From: Cyanidioschyzon merolae
Taxonomy: Eukaryota
Reading direction: 5' to 3' (one strand)
DNA length: 64,000 nt
NCBI GenBank assembly: GCA_000091205.1
Contig: AP006493.2
The first letter of the stretch is position 1; every line of letters begins with the position of its first letter. The notes under the pieces were generated by a model. The model was not told the origin of the DNA, did no database searches, and was given only the letters and a program-made list of their open reading frames with translations. The position numbers and the translations under genes are program-made. Positions 42,969 to 54,333 of this stretch are shown here, piece after piece.

Positions 42969-45932
42969 TTACAGTGTGTACCCGACAAGCGGTGATGAAC
43001 ACGGTGCCGATTCCCGTCGTACCGGTGAGGATAACGGTGACGATGGTAAACGCTCGAGTCCGGGTTCATCTTCAAAGCGGACGTGACGGGAAGTTTTCTT
43101 CGCTGAGAGGTCACGAACGGTATCGTCTTGGTCATGAGGGCTGTCAGTCAGGGTCCAGGCGTCGTTACTCGGGAAACGCCGTCGACTGCAGACCGCAGGA
43201 CTCGGTGTCGCGGGTGAGGTTTTCAGAATCGATACTGGTTCACGAGCTTGTAGTCGACGCAGACGAGCCGCCAATGGAGGTGCCACTGCACGGAGGCACT
43301 TGTGGACGTTTTCGGGGTCCAGACGATACAAGTAGTGGATGAGCTCGGGCGCGTGCTCGGAGGCCGCCACTGCGTACCAAGGCAGGAGCGCTATCGCGCG
43401 GGGCACGGGTACCCAGTGCCGATACTGCTGCAACCTATGGGCAAGTAAGGTGCCGGGAACGTTCTGATACATCGCTGGAGGGAGCTGCAGTGACGAGGCT
43501 GGGTCCTGAAACACCAGAGCAAAGCAGGTATCGAGTTGCTGGTGGTGCACCGCTATCGACCGCTGCTGCTGCTGCTGCTGTTCGGATTCGTTGGTGGCGT
43601 TGCTCATCGTAACGCGACGAGCTGCCAGTTGGGCAAGGTGTTGCAACAGCGCGGTGTGCTCAACTGGTGTGAGCACCTCAAAGCAACTCCAAAAGTCCGG
43701 CAGCGCAAGTGCGAGAGCATCCAGCCAGGGAGGCCACGAGCCGCGGCGTTGAGCAACCAGCCACAGAAGCAAGAGCGCCGGACTCTGGCGCTTATCGCCA
43801 TGACCTGGTACCACAACGCTAAGACAGGGTGACGCAAGCAGGGTCCAGTCGATCGGGTAGCGCGTGAACGTCTCGGTGAGTTGATCGAGCAGCGTGCCAA
43901 TGGACTTTTCGCACTGCCGTGAGCATTCGTTCAAAGCGCCGAAGAGGGTGGTAAAGCTGCGCTGCACCAGCAGAGAGCGGCTGGGATCTAGTGGCCGCTC
44001 ATCGCCAGCTTGGTGCAATGCGAGAACAAGTAGTTCGCCAAAGCGCCTGTAAGTGAGGTCGCGAGCCCCAACGCTCAACCATTCCCGAGCGATGAGTTGA
44101 CGATCCGCTCGCTGACGCGTCGCGATACTTGGAACAACCATGGCATGGGCGTCGAAAAGCTCATCTACTAACGAGTCCGCTTGGTCAGGCTGACACGCTG
44201 TCCTCGTAGCATGTGCGAACTCGCTAGCCGCTAGCCGCGTTTGGCTCCAATCCCGATGCAAAGCAGCCAACAGAAGCGCCTCGCGCACCTGCTCAGTCGC
44301 GAACAGATGCTCGAGCACACTACTAAACACAATATTGCGCTGATCGGGATTGTCCACGTCAATGCCGACGTCGTCATCGTCGTCGTCGTCGAAGTCTGCC
44401 AAGGCCTCGAAGATGCGCGCTGTCGCTGAACGAATCGAAATATCCGTATATCGCAGGTAGCGATAGCAGAAAAAGGCTAACATGTCTATCAAAGCCTGAC
44501 GCACTTGCTTCCGCTCAGATGGAGTATGTCCCTCGGTGAGTATAAGTTCCGTTCGCGGGACGTGCCGCAGCGTCATCCGGATTGGCTGCAGGAGGACGCG
44601 TATCCAGGATCGTTCTTGTTCATGCTTGGGCAGGCGCTGATCGAGCACAACCCCGATCAAGGCGTGCCATGCTCTCAGGACGGCGGCATGGACTGACGGC
44701 CTCGCGTCCGCTAGTGCTCTTTCGTACAAGTTCAGCAGCCTGCGTGCAATACCAGGCGTACCCAAGCCGCGTCGACCCAGGAGTCGAACAAGGTTCGCCC
44801 AGAACTCTATAGCTACGAGACGCTCTCGTTCTGACTCGAACTTGGGATGAAACGCCGCACGCATTGCGTCGAGAAGTGGACCGTTGTCTGCAGCGAGCTG
44901 GTCCGCGAGCCAGCGCTGCAGTTCGTCGGCCGCTTCACAGTGGCTAATGACTGCCAGAACCCAAGTGCGCACTTGCAAGTTAGGGTGAACGTAAAGCGGA
45001 AGCACAGCACGCGCAATTTCAGCGCTCCATGGAGGCGGCTGTTTCTCAATCGTGCAGGTCAAGGCGCATAAGATCGCTTGAACGGCTGCAGATGTGCTCG
45101 ACTTGGCGTCAGCGTCGCCGTTACCAGCACTTGTGCTGCATTCCGATGCACCGCTACTGAGCAGCTCGCGAGTCATCCATTCACTCTGGAGCTCTGCGAA
45201 ACGCCCACGCTCGAACTGGTTGTCTCTCGAGACGCGTGTCTGCTCTGACTTTTCGATCGGCGACGAGAGCGCTGTTTTCGAGCTGCCGCTCGCGACGCTG
45301 CACTTTGCACGCGTCAGAAGGACAGTTTCTGTCCGAGAATCGCGCACCACAATAGACCACGAGCAACTGGAGGTTGCATCCGTTTCAGGCTGTGGCACTG
45401 TGCGCTCGATACCGTCTCGAGAATAGGTAACGAACGCTGGTGCGAGTCGGTGACGTTTCGCTTGCTGCGCAGACGTGACTTTCATCGCTTGCGTTGTTCT
45501 GGGAATATCTCGGCTAAAGCTTCGATATCTATCGCCCGTATCGTCCGAGATGTATTCGTCGATTAGGTTCGGTTCACACATAGGCTGTGAAAGGGTTGCG
45601 ATGTTTAGTTCCTTAAGCGCGTTAGCGCTTTCGCATATTAGAAGACGTCCAGTTCCGGGGCGAGGCGCTACAAGCAGCGATCCAGCCCGAAGAGCGAGAG
45701 GCGCCAGCGAGGCATCCTGGCAAGTTTTGGCGCGAAAACGCATGATGCACCCGAGTCCGTTTCGCATTCGCTGTTCCGGGCGCACAGCGTCGTCGTCAAT
45801 GCCGCGCGGTGCGTAGGCAATCGGCACGAGGGCTGCATGCTGCTGATCTTCAATGTACAATATAGGATAGATTTGGAAGGCTTTGGAGCGCATCGGATAC
45901 CATGCGCGTACGATGGAATCTTCGGGCGCCAC
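42969..45932 (-). CDS. Hypothetical large protein (987 aa), Leu/Ala-rich and probably helical-repeat, containing a poly-Asp stretch; function unrecognised
   Basis: This is a long uninterrupted ORF with coding-like composition. I recognise no diagnostic motif. It is divergently arranged with the RSH gene, 262 bp apart. Confidence 0.55.
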   Translation of the reverse strand: MAPEDSIVRAWYPMRSKAFQIYPILYIEDQQHAALVPIAYAPRGIDDDAVRPEQRMRNGLGCIMRFRAKTCQDASLAPLALRAGSLLVAPRPGTGRLLICESANALKELNIATLSQPMCEPNLIDEYISDDTGDRYRSFSRDIPRTTQAMKVTSAQQAKRHRLAPAFVTYSRDGIERTVPQPETDATSSCSWSIVVRDSRTETVLLTRAKCSVASGSSKTALSSPIEKSEQTRVSRDNQFERGRFAELQSEWMTRELLSSGASECSTSAGNGDADAKSSTSAAVQAILCALTCTIEKQPPPWSAEIARAVLPLYVHPNLQVRTWVLAVISHCEAADELQRWLADQLAADNGPLLDAMRAAFHPKFESERERLVAIEFWANLVRLLGRRGLGTPGIARRLLNLYERALADARPSVHAAVLRAWHALIGVVLDQRLPKHEQERSWIRVLLQPIRMTLRHVPRTELILTEGHTPSERKQVRQALIDMLAFFCYRYLRYTDISIRSATARIFEALADFDDDDDDDVGIDVDNPDQRNIVFSSVLEHLFATEQVREALLLAALHRDWSQTRLAASEFAHATRTACQPDQADSLVDELFDAHAMVVPSIATRQRADRQLIAREWLSVGARDLTYRRFGELLVLALHQAGDERPLDPSRSLLVQRSFTTLFGALNECSRQCEKSIGTLLDQLTETFTRYPIDWTLLASPCLSVVVPGHGDKRQSPALLLLWLVAQRRGSWPPWLDALALALPDFWSCFEVLTPVEHTALLQHLAQLAARRVTMSNATNESEQQQQQQRSIAVHHQQLDTCFALVFQDPASSLQLPPAMYQNVPGTLLAHRLQQYRHWVPVPRAIALLPWYAVAASEHAPELIHYLYRLDPENVHKCLRAVAPPLAARLRRLQAREPVSILKTSPATPSPAVCSRRRFPSNDAWTLTDSPHDQDDTVRDLSAKKTSRHVRFEDEPGLERLPSSPLSSPVRRESAPCSSPLVGYTL

Positions 45933-46193
45933 GCACGCGGAGGCCGAGCGTGCGTGACGCTCCTGGGGGTGATGCGATGAACAGGAATTTTCTGGACAAG
46001 ACGCCCTTTGTGAACGGAGCGGCTGCGGGCGCGACGCTCGCGATCACATGCGTCGATGAGCTATATTTTCTATAGACGGTCTCTGTGCTCGCAATGCTGT
46101 GAAGGGTGACTGGATTCTCTGGTTTGCGTAATACTCGGATATAACAAGAATCGACAGCTTGGTCTCGGATACGCTTGTAGAAACGTAGCGCAG

Positions 46194-47639
46194 ATGCGCT
46201 TGTATGACGTAGGCTGGGCGTTTGCTGCACCGGTCGGTCACATTAGCTTGCGTTCCAAGTCGGGGTCGAGGTGTGCGCTCCCGAACCGGGGACGTGAACC
46301 TTTGCGACCGCGGGTGTATGAAGCGTTGGGTTCGGCGAAGACCGCGAGACACTGTGTCTGTGCGCGGTTACCGGCACCAGCAGTACCGGCTATTCAACAC
46401 ACGTCCAGAGAGTCGAACGCGAGCTCTTACGCTGTCGTCGACGTGCTCTGGCCCGTGCTGCAGCGAGCGTGCACGCACATTGAGTCGAAGGATTCGCTGG
46501 AGCGCATCTTCCAAGCACTTCGACTATGTGCTGAGTTACCCGGTGAAGAGTCCATGATCAGTGTTCGCAATGCGGCTTTTCTTGCGCGTCTCGGAGTCGA
46601 CGCTGATACGATCTGTGCAGCGCTCGTGGATGCGCTTCCGCGAACCCTGCTGCGTTACCCGCCCTTGGATGGCGCTGTTCGGGCGATTGTCGAAGACCTT
46701 GATGCACTACGTGCCATCGAACAATCTGCCTTAGTGGATATCGGCGATCTTGATGAGCAGAACGCACGACGTCTTCGCGAGTACATTTTGATAGCTTTGC
46801 GCGATGCACGCGCGGTACTGGCACGCTTGACGCAAGTGCTGCAAGACTTGCAACAGAAGGTCGAGTCCGAATCACCGGCGTATGACCAGCAGGCGCTAGC
46901 ACTGCTCGTGCTACAGGTCCACGTTCCGCTGGCGTACGCGCTGGGCCTGGGCGCTGTCATGTGGCCTCTGGAAGATCTCAGTTTCCGGATTTTGTTCCCG
47001 TTATCGTATCGGGCGTGCGAGTCGTGGCACGCGCATATCTGGGAGCAAGCAGACCAGCTTATTCAAGAAGCGTGCGCCACGCTCCTGGCATCGTTGCAGA
47101 ATGATCCGGAGCTGCGGCGATATCGCTACGAAATAACCGGCCGCGCAAAAAACCTCTTCTCTACGTTCAAAAAGATGCTTCGTAGCGGGAAGCGGCGTGA
47201 GGATATTCTCGACATTGTGGCTTTACGCATCGTCATCGACGGCATCGATGAATCCACTGACCAACATGAAGTATGTATGAAGGTTTACAAGCACGTCATC
47301 AAGGTATGGCCGGAGTTGCCGGGACGATTTAAGAATTATTGTGACCAGCCCAAGGCGAACGGCTATCGATCGCTGCATACCACGCTCAGGCATCCGCAAG
47401 GCCTGCCCCTGGAAGTGCAGATACGATCACGAGAAATGCATGTAGATGCCGAGTTTGGCCTAGCTTCGCACAGGCTTTACAAAGGCCTGATCACCGCGAA
47501 TGCGTCTAAGATTCGTGAATTCAGCAGCTTTGCAGAGACGGTTCGTCTCGAGAATACGCATGTGCTGACAGACGCTTGTTCTTTCCAGATCGACGCCGCT
47601 GGTGAGCACCTCCATATGGCGAATGCAGAGGTGCAGTGA
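46194..47639 (+). CDS. RSH: RelA/SpoT homolog (RSH): (p)ppGpp synthetase domain with a degenerate HD hydrolase-like N-terminal region
   Basis: Synthetase motifs are present: [11 protein letters not shown]...[50 protein letters not shown]. The upstream region is colinear with the HD domain ([22 protein letters not shown] resembles [54 protein letters not shown] resembles [24 protein letters not shown]) but lacks the His-Asp metal ligands. Confidence 0.85.
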   Translation: [481 protein letters not shown]

Positions 47640-47644
47640 CGGTC

Positions 47645-47662
47645 TGTGTGTGTGTGTGTGTT
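47645..47662. repeat. (TG)n dinucleotide microsatellite
   Basis: tgtgtgtgtgtgtgtgtg sits immediately after the RSH stop codon. Confidence 0.9.
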
Positions 47663-48879
47663 CCTCGGTAGCGATATCGGAGCTATGCGTATGAGGCAGG
47701 CTCCATCGATCGAGCCGTATAATCAATGGTTACAGGATCGCGAACCATAACGTGCTGGAGCTCAGGAACGTACCGATCGACCAGTACGCTGGTCTAACGA
47801 TCACGGCTTCCATAAACGCTCTGGTCGTACCGCGCTTTCTATACGGGCAGATCTATAGATCGATGGATGGATGATTTGGACTAGATGCGTAGAAAAAGTT
47901 GGCATCTTGATGACGAGCTGCTCAGGCTTCATCCATCAAGGTGCCTCGGTTCATGGTGCTTTCTATGCCGAATGATACGGTGAGTAGGCATGCTTCTAGG
48001 TCCAATTATTCCGGGACAACTTCGATTGTAATCTGGTCCGGCCCCAGAGCCGATGTGCAGCTACAAGAGGGTTCAGTTGGCTGCGAACCTGCTGGCCAGG
48101 TCGCAGCCGAACCCTGGTACCAGAACGGTACCGCGTCGACGTACAGGAGGAGCACCTCTGCCAGCAAATAGGTCGCGGCAGTAGCAGCAGTGCTCGTGAA
48201 CAGTGACTAGCCTTGAAGCGTATACCGACGCAGTTGACACTGCATAACTGCTGCGTTTGCACTGTGAGGACATGACATAGCACACTGGTATGGTAGCGCG
48301 CGATGGATGTACACACGCTGCTGCAGGTTTGCGCCTGGACGGTTGACCTCAAGTCTTTCACCTTAATGGTGTTCAAGTCCGAAGCACGTGTCATGAAATA
48401 CTTTTTCGCGGTTTACAACCGAAAGGCATAAACAGTTGCGTTTATATTGAAGAATAAAATATCCAAGGGAACCGTATGAACTTTGAAGTCCGGTGTCGCG
48501 GGCAGTCTGACGAAGAACCGGATAGAATCCTCGCTTCGCCGACGATTGAGCGAAGAAGGAGAAGCGGCTGTAATCGCACACAGGGCACGAGTTCGAGCAC
48601 TCCTTGCACTGATGCATTCCACCAGCGACAATCACCGCATGAAGTTCATGAACCGAGACTTTAACGCAGCTATGCATGTCAGACAATGAGCGGTGCTGAA
48701 GACGAAACCCGAGGAGATGTGATGATCTAAGTTTGCGGGGCAACTTCGCAGGCTCGAAGTGTACGGGAAGAAGTTGAAACGAGTAGTGGGTGGACAGTCA
48801 GAAACGGTCGCAAGGCATCTGCGCCTTGTTCTACATAGACACCCCATGGTCGTAGAATGCTCTTGATTTCTCTGATTAT

Positions 48880-51800
48880 TTAGGTCTGAAATGCGGCAAG
48901 CTTAAAGTCTCGCGCTACCGGACGTCGAAGGCGTCGAACCAGGCCTGGATCCCGATACGTCTGACTTGTTGCAAAAAGGGCCTTTTCGGCGCTCTCCAGT
49001 GCGTATATAAGCTGCGGAAAGAGCTGGCTTTCGTCACGAATTTTGGCCGCAGACTCCTCCGCAGTGGGCTCGGTTGCGGCAGTCAGCAGATCGTAGGCAG
49101 CGGTGGCGAGCCCTTGACTAGCTACAAAAGTCATTCGCTTCCATGCGGGGCGACAAAGCGCGATACGTTTCTGGTGCACGGCCCGCGCCACCCGCATCAG
49201 CGACTGAAACCCGAGCGTCTGCGTCCGTGCACAGGTTCGGATGAAGGTCCACGGAGCGACCGCGACAACGGGTACAAGTGTTCGCTCCGATTCTATGAGC
49301 TCGGGAGCACTGACGCGGGCCAGGTTAGTGGTCCCGTCTCCGCAGGCGGTCGTGGTCACTAAGCTGAGGGCGCACGCCCAGTCCGCCCAGATGCGAAGGA
49401 TGTGCTGCGAAACTTGGGTAGCGTTTGCCGTCGACTCGCTGTACTGATAGCCGCGCTCCACAAGCCAGTTCCATTCCTGCAGCCATGACTGCAGCTGAAG
49501 AGTAAACAGTCGAAGTACGTTCCAGTCCAGAACGGTGGAGGACGCCCAGGTTTGCAGGATGTCCATAGCGATCGAGCACAGGTGCTGCTCCGGGTACCAT
49601 GATGTCGGTACCAGCGAGTCCGCAAGTGAGGCGTGAAACAAGAGCCGGATATCGCTGCCACCAGCGGGTAAGCATTGCCGAATCGCTGGATGAAGCGGTA
49701 CTTTTCGCGAGCTGTCAAGGCATTCGCGAATGCGGCGCCAAAGCGCAGTATCCCAGCGCGTTTGCCCGGATTCTGGAACAGGCGCGGCTTGTGCTTGCGG
49801 CCCCAGGGCTCCCAGCAGGGCAGCGCTCGCCACACAAAGCGACCAGGAGTGGGAGCGTAGGCTCCGAAGCAGCGCAGCAACTGCATGCTGACGTTGCTCT
49901 GCGAGGAGAATGCCGCTTCCTCGGGTCGGCGCAGAGACGAATCCTTGCCGCTTCTCCGCGAGGAACGGGAGATGCTCGGCTGAGCTGCGTCGTATTTTGC
50001 CTAAAAGAAGGATGGCGAGCAGGTACGCAGTATCGGCCTCGGTACCGGAGAGCGGCAGAGCGACCACTTGAAGAAGCGTGGGTACCAGGCGCCCTTGCGT
50101 CGTCATGGTTGCGGGGAACGACGACACGAGCAGCAGTCTCCGTAGAGCGATTTCAAGGAGCTTGAATATTTCTTGAAAAGCTCTGCCAGTCCTCAGCGTC
50201 TCCGTGAGTAAAGCGAGAAACTTTTCCAATGCTGTGGCAGGTATGGTAGTGTTCGTAGACGAGACGCCCAACGAGCGTCCGACGCCCGAATCATTATCGG
50301 AAGTTTGCTTCCGTTTTTCCTTCGAGGACGTCGAGGTTGTCTTGTGTTGTGCTTCCGTCTTGTCGTGTTTCGCATTCATGCTTGTCGACGCGTGGCAGCC
50401 ACCACGCTGCCATATGGCATACGGATCACCGAGACGCTCCATGGCTCGCTGATGCAAACGCAGCAGGGGTGCTATCACCGTTCGGAAGCGGGACCAGTCC
50501 GTGCATTCGGTGAGGCGCTGTACGCCGGCGCTCTTCGGAACAGACGCGATTGCTGGTGCCGACTCGTTCTCTCCATGGATGTCTGCGTGTCGGTAAGGTT
50601 GCTGACACCGCCCAGCGGGCGTTGGCCGCTCTCGCCGAGACGCCAGCTCGGTGACGCCTAAATCGAGGTCGTCATTACGGATGGCAGCGCCACCAGGATG
50701 AGCGACCTGGAACGCTCCGAGATGATCAAGATTGGGGCTTGGACTTACGGGCACTCCAGGTGAATGATTTTGCGACTCGTGACTCCCAGTTGGTGAGGCT
50801 CCAATCACTTCACCTGCAGCGGCTGCATCGTCTGCGCCTGCCGATGTTGAGGCTGCTCGGTGGCGGCGCTGCGCGACAGTGCCCGGTGTCGAGTCCGGCG
50901 ATAAGTCCGGGATCTCGGCGACGTGAAGGATCGGCCACATGACGATGGCGGTTTCAATGGTCTGCAGCAGCCGAGTTAGGACGCCGCGATCGGTCTCGTC
51001 GAGAGGCTGGTCCCCAACATCTGCCGGTATATCGAGGTGGCTAAGGTCCATGTAGCTCAGTCGGGCAACAAAATCGTCGAAGCCTTCCATATCGTGTCCA
51101 AGCGCGAGTAGGCAAAGCAAACTCGCCGCATCGTCGTCGATCCAGTGCGAGCCTGGCCTCAAGGGAGACTCGATCTCTGGCGCAGAGGGCTTCCATGTTG
51201 CGGTGAAAAATGTTCGATAAAAATGGGTTCGCAAGATGCCAACGACGGCCGGCGCCAAGCCGTTTCCTTCTACTTCCTCTATGATGGTTTCGTACCAGAC
51301 GCGCCGCATTTGCGCTGAGCCCTGTTGCAGAATTCGCAACGAAAGGAGCATGAAATCGGGGAGCAGTTGACCGAGGGACACCAATTCCGAACGTTTGTGC
51401 GATCCAGAGCAGAAATTCGGTTGCCTGGGTTGTTCTTGCGTTCCCAGAAAAGCTACCATGGAAGCTAGTGCACGCGCAACAGGAATCTGGCCCACGCTTG
51501 ATGCTTGGAACAGCAGTTTGCGGCACTGGTAGATGGCGGTTTCGGCCAGATCCGGGAGGTATCGCATGAGCTTGCGCAAGAATGGCACTGTCTCCGGACG
51601 GACGACGTATTCCTTGAGCAATTGACGGCTGCGCTCCGAAAGAAAAGCCTGTGGTTGTGTCGCCGTCGCACCGAGAAGCAAACGTTGCCAGGACATGAGC
51701 GGAAGCCGCCGCGAAGGCGCTACGGCTATTCTCTCCAAAATCCGGGCGGCTACATCTGTCCGAAGCGGGGCTTTTTTCAAGGCGTCGCTGGGAAACAGCG

Positions 51801-52995
51801 CCAAGTCTGAGTCTGGCCATACAACGTTCGCATCCAAGCAGGCGCTCATGAGGTCCAAAATGGTTTCCAAAAGTTCCGGTTTGCTGCACGCTATGATCAT
51901 GCAGGCTTGTGTCGGTGAACGCGGGCGTTCCATGTTGGGGAAAGCAAAGATTGTTCGCTCGGTTCGGATCAAATCCTCCAGGTATTCCGTAATCTTTCGC
52001 AATAACAAATGTGTACAGGTTGCATGGAACGATGGCATGCTCGCGACGAGTAGAAAAAGCACAGCCCCGGCCTCTCGATGCCAGATGGGATGCGGATATT
52101 GTATTCCACGCGCGATACGCAAAAGTGCTTTGGCGTAAGCTGTATCTCGCCGAAAGGCTAGCTCGAGCACAGATTGTGGAATGTCGAGTCGGTCGCGAGC
52201 CAGAAGGCTAGAAAGCGCCTCTTCAAGCAGAACGCGACGTGTTCCGGAGAGCATGAGCAGCGGCAGCCATGCCGCAATCAGTGGCGGTGGTAGACGGCGT
52301 GTTTCTCGCATCCTTAGAAGGGCTCGTTCGGCGGTGGCAGCTTTGAGCTGCTTCGAAGCCGGTGACTCGCGAACGACGACGAGCCATTCGTCAATCGGCA
52401 GCGGCCAGCATTCCTGGAAGCTCGACTCTGTGGCCTGAACAAGCCAAGCTGTAACGACATGCTCGGGGGGAGGCCAGGAGTCCCAGTGGAGCTCGTCCTT
52501 GGGTTCGCCGCGATTTGCCGGCGTCGGCTCGACGAGCTCACCCGCTGAGGGCTGAATCTCGTCGCTCTCGGGCTCTTCGAAAGCTGCAGCGTTTCCGTGA
52601 ACGCTTACTGCCTCGGAGTCCAGAGCAGCCCCAATATTAACTCGTCTACGTTTGGGCGCGCGCTTGGAATGGAGCCCACGCGAGACGGGTGCCTTTATTG
52701 ACTCCTTGCGATCTGGAAACTCGCAGTAACCCATTTCGAGCAACGCTGTCCAAAGGAGACGCCTCAAAACTGTCACGAAAAGGTGCAGACGGGATCCCGC
52801 CAGAGGCCTTTCAACGCAAACCTCACAGAGACGCTTCAGCAAAAATGCACGCTCAGCGGGAGAGGCTTCGTCAACGGCAGTCTCCAAGTCGCTGGTTCCC
52901 GCGTCATCGTGCGACTCGATGTTTTCAAAACGCGTTTGCTGGAGAAACGAATGGAAACTATCCCAGAGTAACGACGTCATGAATGACGCTGACAA
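48880..52995 (-). CDS. Hypothetical very large protein (1371 aa), Leu-rich alpha-helical character; function unrecognised
   Basis: This is a 4.1-kb uninterrupted ORF with coding-like composition, and the antisense frames are fragmented. I recognise no motif. Confidence 0.55.
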   Translation of the reverse strand: MSASFMTSLLWDSFHSFLQQTRFENIESHDDAGTSDLETAVDEASPAERAFLLKRLCEVCVERPLAGSRLHLFVTVLRRLLWTALLEMGYCEFPDRKESIKAPVSRGLHSKRAPKRRRVNIGAALDSEAVSVHGNAAAFEEPESDEIQPSAGELVEPTPANRGEPKDELHWDSWPPPEHVVTAWLVQATESSFQECWPLPIDEWLVVVRESPASKQLKAATAERALLRMRETRRLPPPLIAAWLPLLMLSGTRRVLLEEALSSLLARDRLDIPQSVLELAFRRDTAYAKALLRIARGIQYPHPIWHREAGAVLFLLVASMPSFHATCTHLLLRKITEYLEDLIRTERTIFAFPNMERPRSPTQACMIIACSKPELLETILDLMSACLDANVVWPDSDLALFPSDALKKAPLRTDVAARILERIAVAPSRRLPLMSWQRLLLGATATQPQAFLSERSRQLLKEYVVRPETVPFLRKLMRYLPDLAETAIYQCRKLLFQASSVGQIPVARALASMVAFLGTQEQPRQPNFCSGSHKRSELVSLGQLLPDFMLLSLRILQQGSAQMRRVWYETIIEEVEGNGLAPAVVGILRTHFYRTFFTATWKPSAPEIESPLRPGSHWIDDDAASLLCLLALGHDMEGFDDFVARLSYMDLSHLDIPADVGDQPLDETDRGVLTRLLQTIETAIVMWPILHVAEIPDLSPDSTPGTVAQRRHRAASTSAGADDAAAAGEVIGASPTGSHESQNHSPGVPVSPSPNLDHLGAFQVAHPGGAAIRNDDLDLGVTELASRRERPTPAGRCQQPYRHADIHGENESAPAIASVPKSAGVQRLTECTDWSRFRTVIAPLLRLHQRAMERLGDPYAIWQRGGCHASTSMNAKHDKTEAQHKTTSTSSKEKRKQTSDNDSGVGRSLGVSSTNTTIPATALEKFLALLTETLRTGRAFQEIFKLLEIALRRLLLVSSFPATMTTQGRLVPTLLQVVALPLSGTEADTAYLLAILLLGKIRRSSAEHLPFLAEKRQGFVSAPTRGSGILLAEQRQHAVAALLRSLRSHSWSLCVASAALLGALGPQAQAAPVPESGQTRWDTALWRRIRECLDSSRKVPLHPAIRQCLPAGGSDIRLLFHASLADSLVPTSWYPEQHLCSIAMDILQTWASSTVLDWNVLRLFTLQLQSWLQEWNWLVERGYQYSESTANATQVSQHILRIWADWACALSLVTTTACGDGTTNLARVSAPELIESERTLVPVVAVAPWTFIRTCARTQTLGFQSLMRVARAVHQKRIALCRPAWKRMTFVASQGLATAAYDLLTAATEPTAEESAAKIRDESQLFPQLIYALESAEKALFATSQTYRDPGLVRRLRRPVARDFKLAAFQT

Positions 52996-54333
52996 GGCGT
53001 TTTTTCAGCAGACGTTTGTATTCCGCAGGAGATGGGAATAAGTCGTAAAGAGAAGCAACGCTGAAAGAACACGAAACGACAACGTCCGTACGTTGCTCAG
53101 CGTGTCTCAACGCGCACGCATGAACGGACACGCTCGCAAGCACGCACGCATGAACGGACACGTCGCGCTCCTCTGCGTGCCGATGTGCATCCGAGAGATA
53201 CCCCGCGCTATGCGACGGCACGCATGCGCACTCCGCGTTGTTCGCGCTGCGCTGCTGTAGATGGCGATCTCGGATCTTGGACAACGCGTCGCAAACGCGA
53301 TTCCCGCCAGCCGTATTCAAGTGCCGATCCGCGCACGCCCGACGTTCCGACCGGATGCTGAAAATAGTGCGGAAGCGTTTGCACCGATACCTGAGACTCT
53401 CTATCATCAGATTGATATTTGCATTCTTGTTCCGAGACGGTAGTGTACATACCCCACAGATGAGAGACTCGGCGTGGCGTTCATGTATTCCAGGAACCTT
53501 GTGAGAGGCATTCATCCCGAATCACGGGAAATCGCGCGCTTATCGTGTCTATCCGCAGCACCGGTGAGGGCCAGGGATGCTCGGCGAGCGTCATGTCCGA
53601 CGCGGACCTGTAACGAAATCGCCGAATCTGTGGATTTCCGGTCCAAAAGTCACCTTTGCACAACGCCGTGTCTGCGAACGCGTATGCTATACGGCCTGCA
53701 TACAGACTGTACAAAAGCTGGCAGCAAGAGCGACGACGGACGTCGAACAATAGACGTAAATGCGCTTCGCGGCACCTTGTAAACATAAGTTTGAAAGTGC
53801 ACCTCTCCGGGAAACGTTTCATCGAAATGATCCAGGTCGCGCTCATGAGGAACGCTAGCGATGATGGACGCACGAACATGACTACGAAATTCCAAAAAAC
53901 ATCGCCACGAGAGACACCAACACGTCCTTGCTACAGGGTTCCGTTAAGCGTTCTCGACTCGGTGATGAGAGCGCGCGCATGCATCTGGCCATCCAGGCCT
54001 GTCTTCTGACTTATCTAACGCCCCATGGATGCCGAGCTGGAGCAGCTGTCCAAAGGTGTTGGTTTCGTCGCGATTAGCTGATCACTTCACTGGTGGCGCC
54101 CTCTGCGTGCGGCCTCGTTCGCGGGTATCCTCTGATTTTGCAGACGCCTCCATGGACTACGTCTTGTCTTGCGTGCGACATGGATGGGCGAGTCTGCTCG
54201 ATGGAGCAAGAATCAGCACGCAGGAGGCGCAACCGGTGCACGAATGTAGGCAACGCACGACTGGCTATGCATCCCACCGGCACAAACAGGTACCGAACTC
54301 TAAGGAAAAAGCTTTCCGCCGCTGTTTAGGTGA

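Noticed and set aside
51045-51065. A GTAGCTCAGTCGG D-loop-like tRNA motif
   Set aside because: It lies inside the 1371-aa coding ORF. No downstream AGAGC or T-arm follows.
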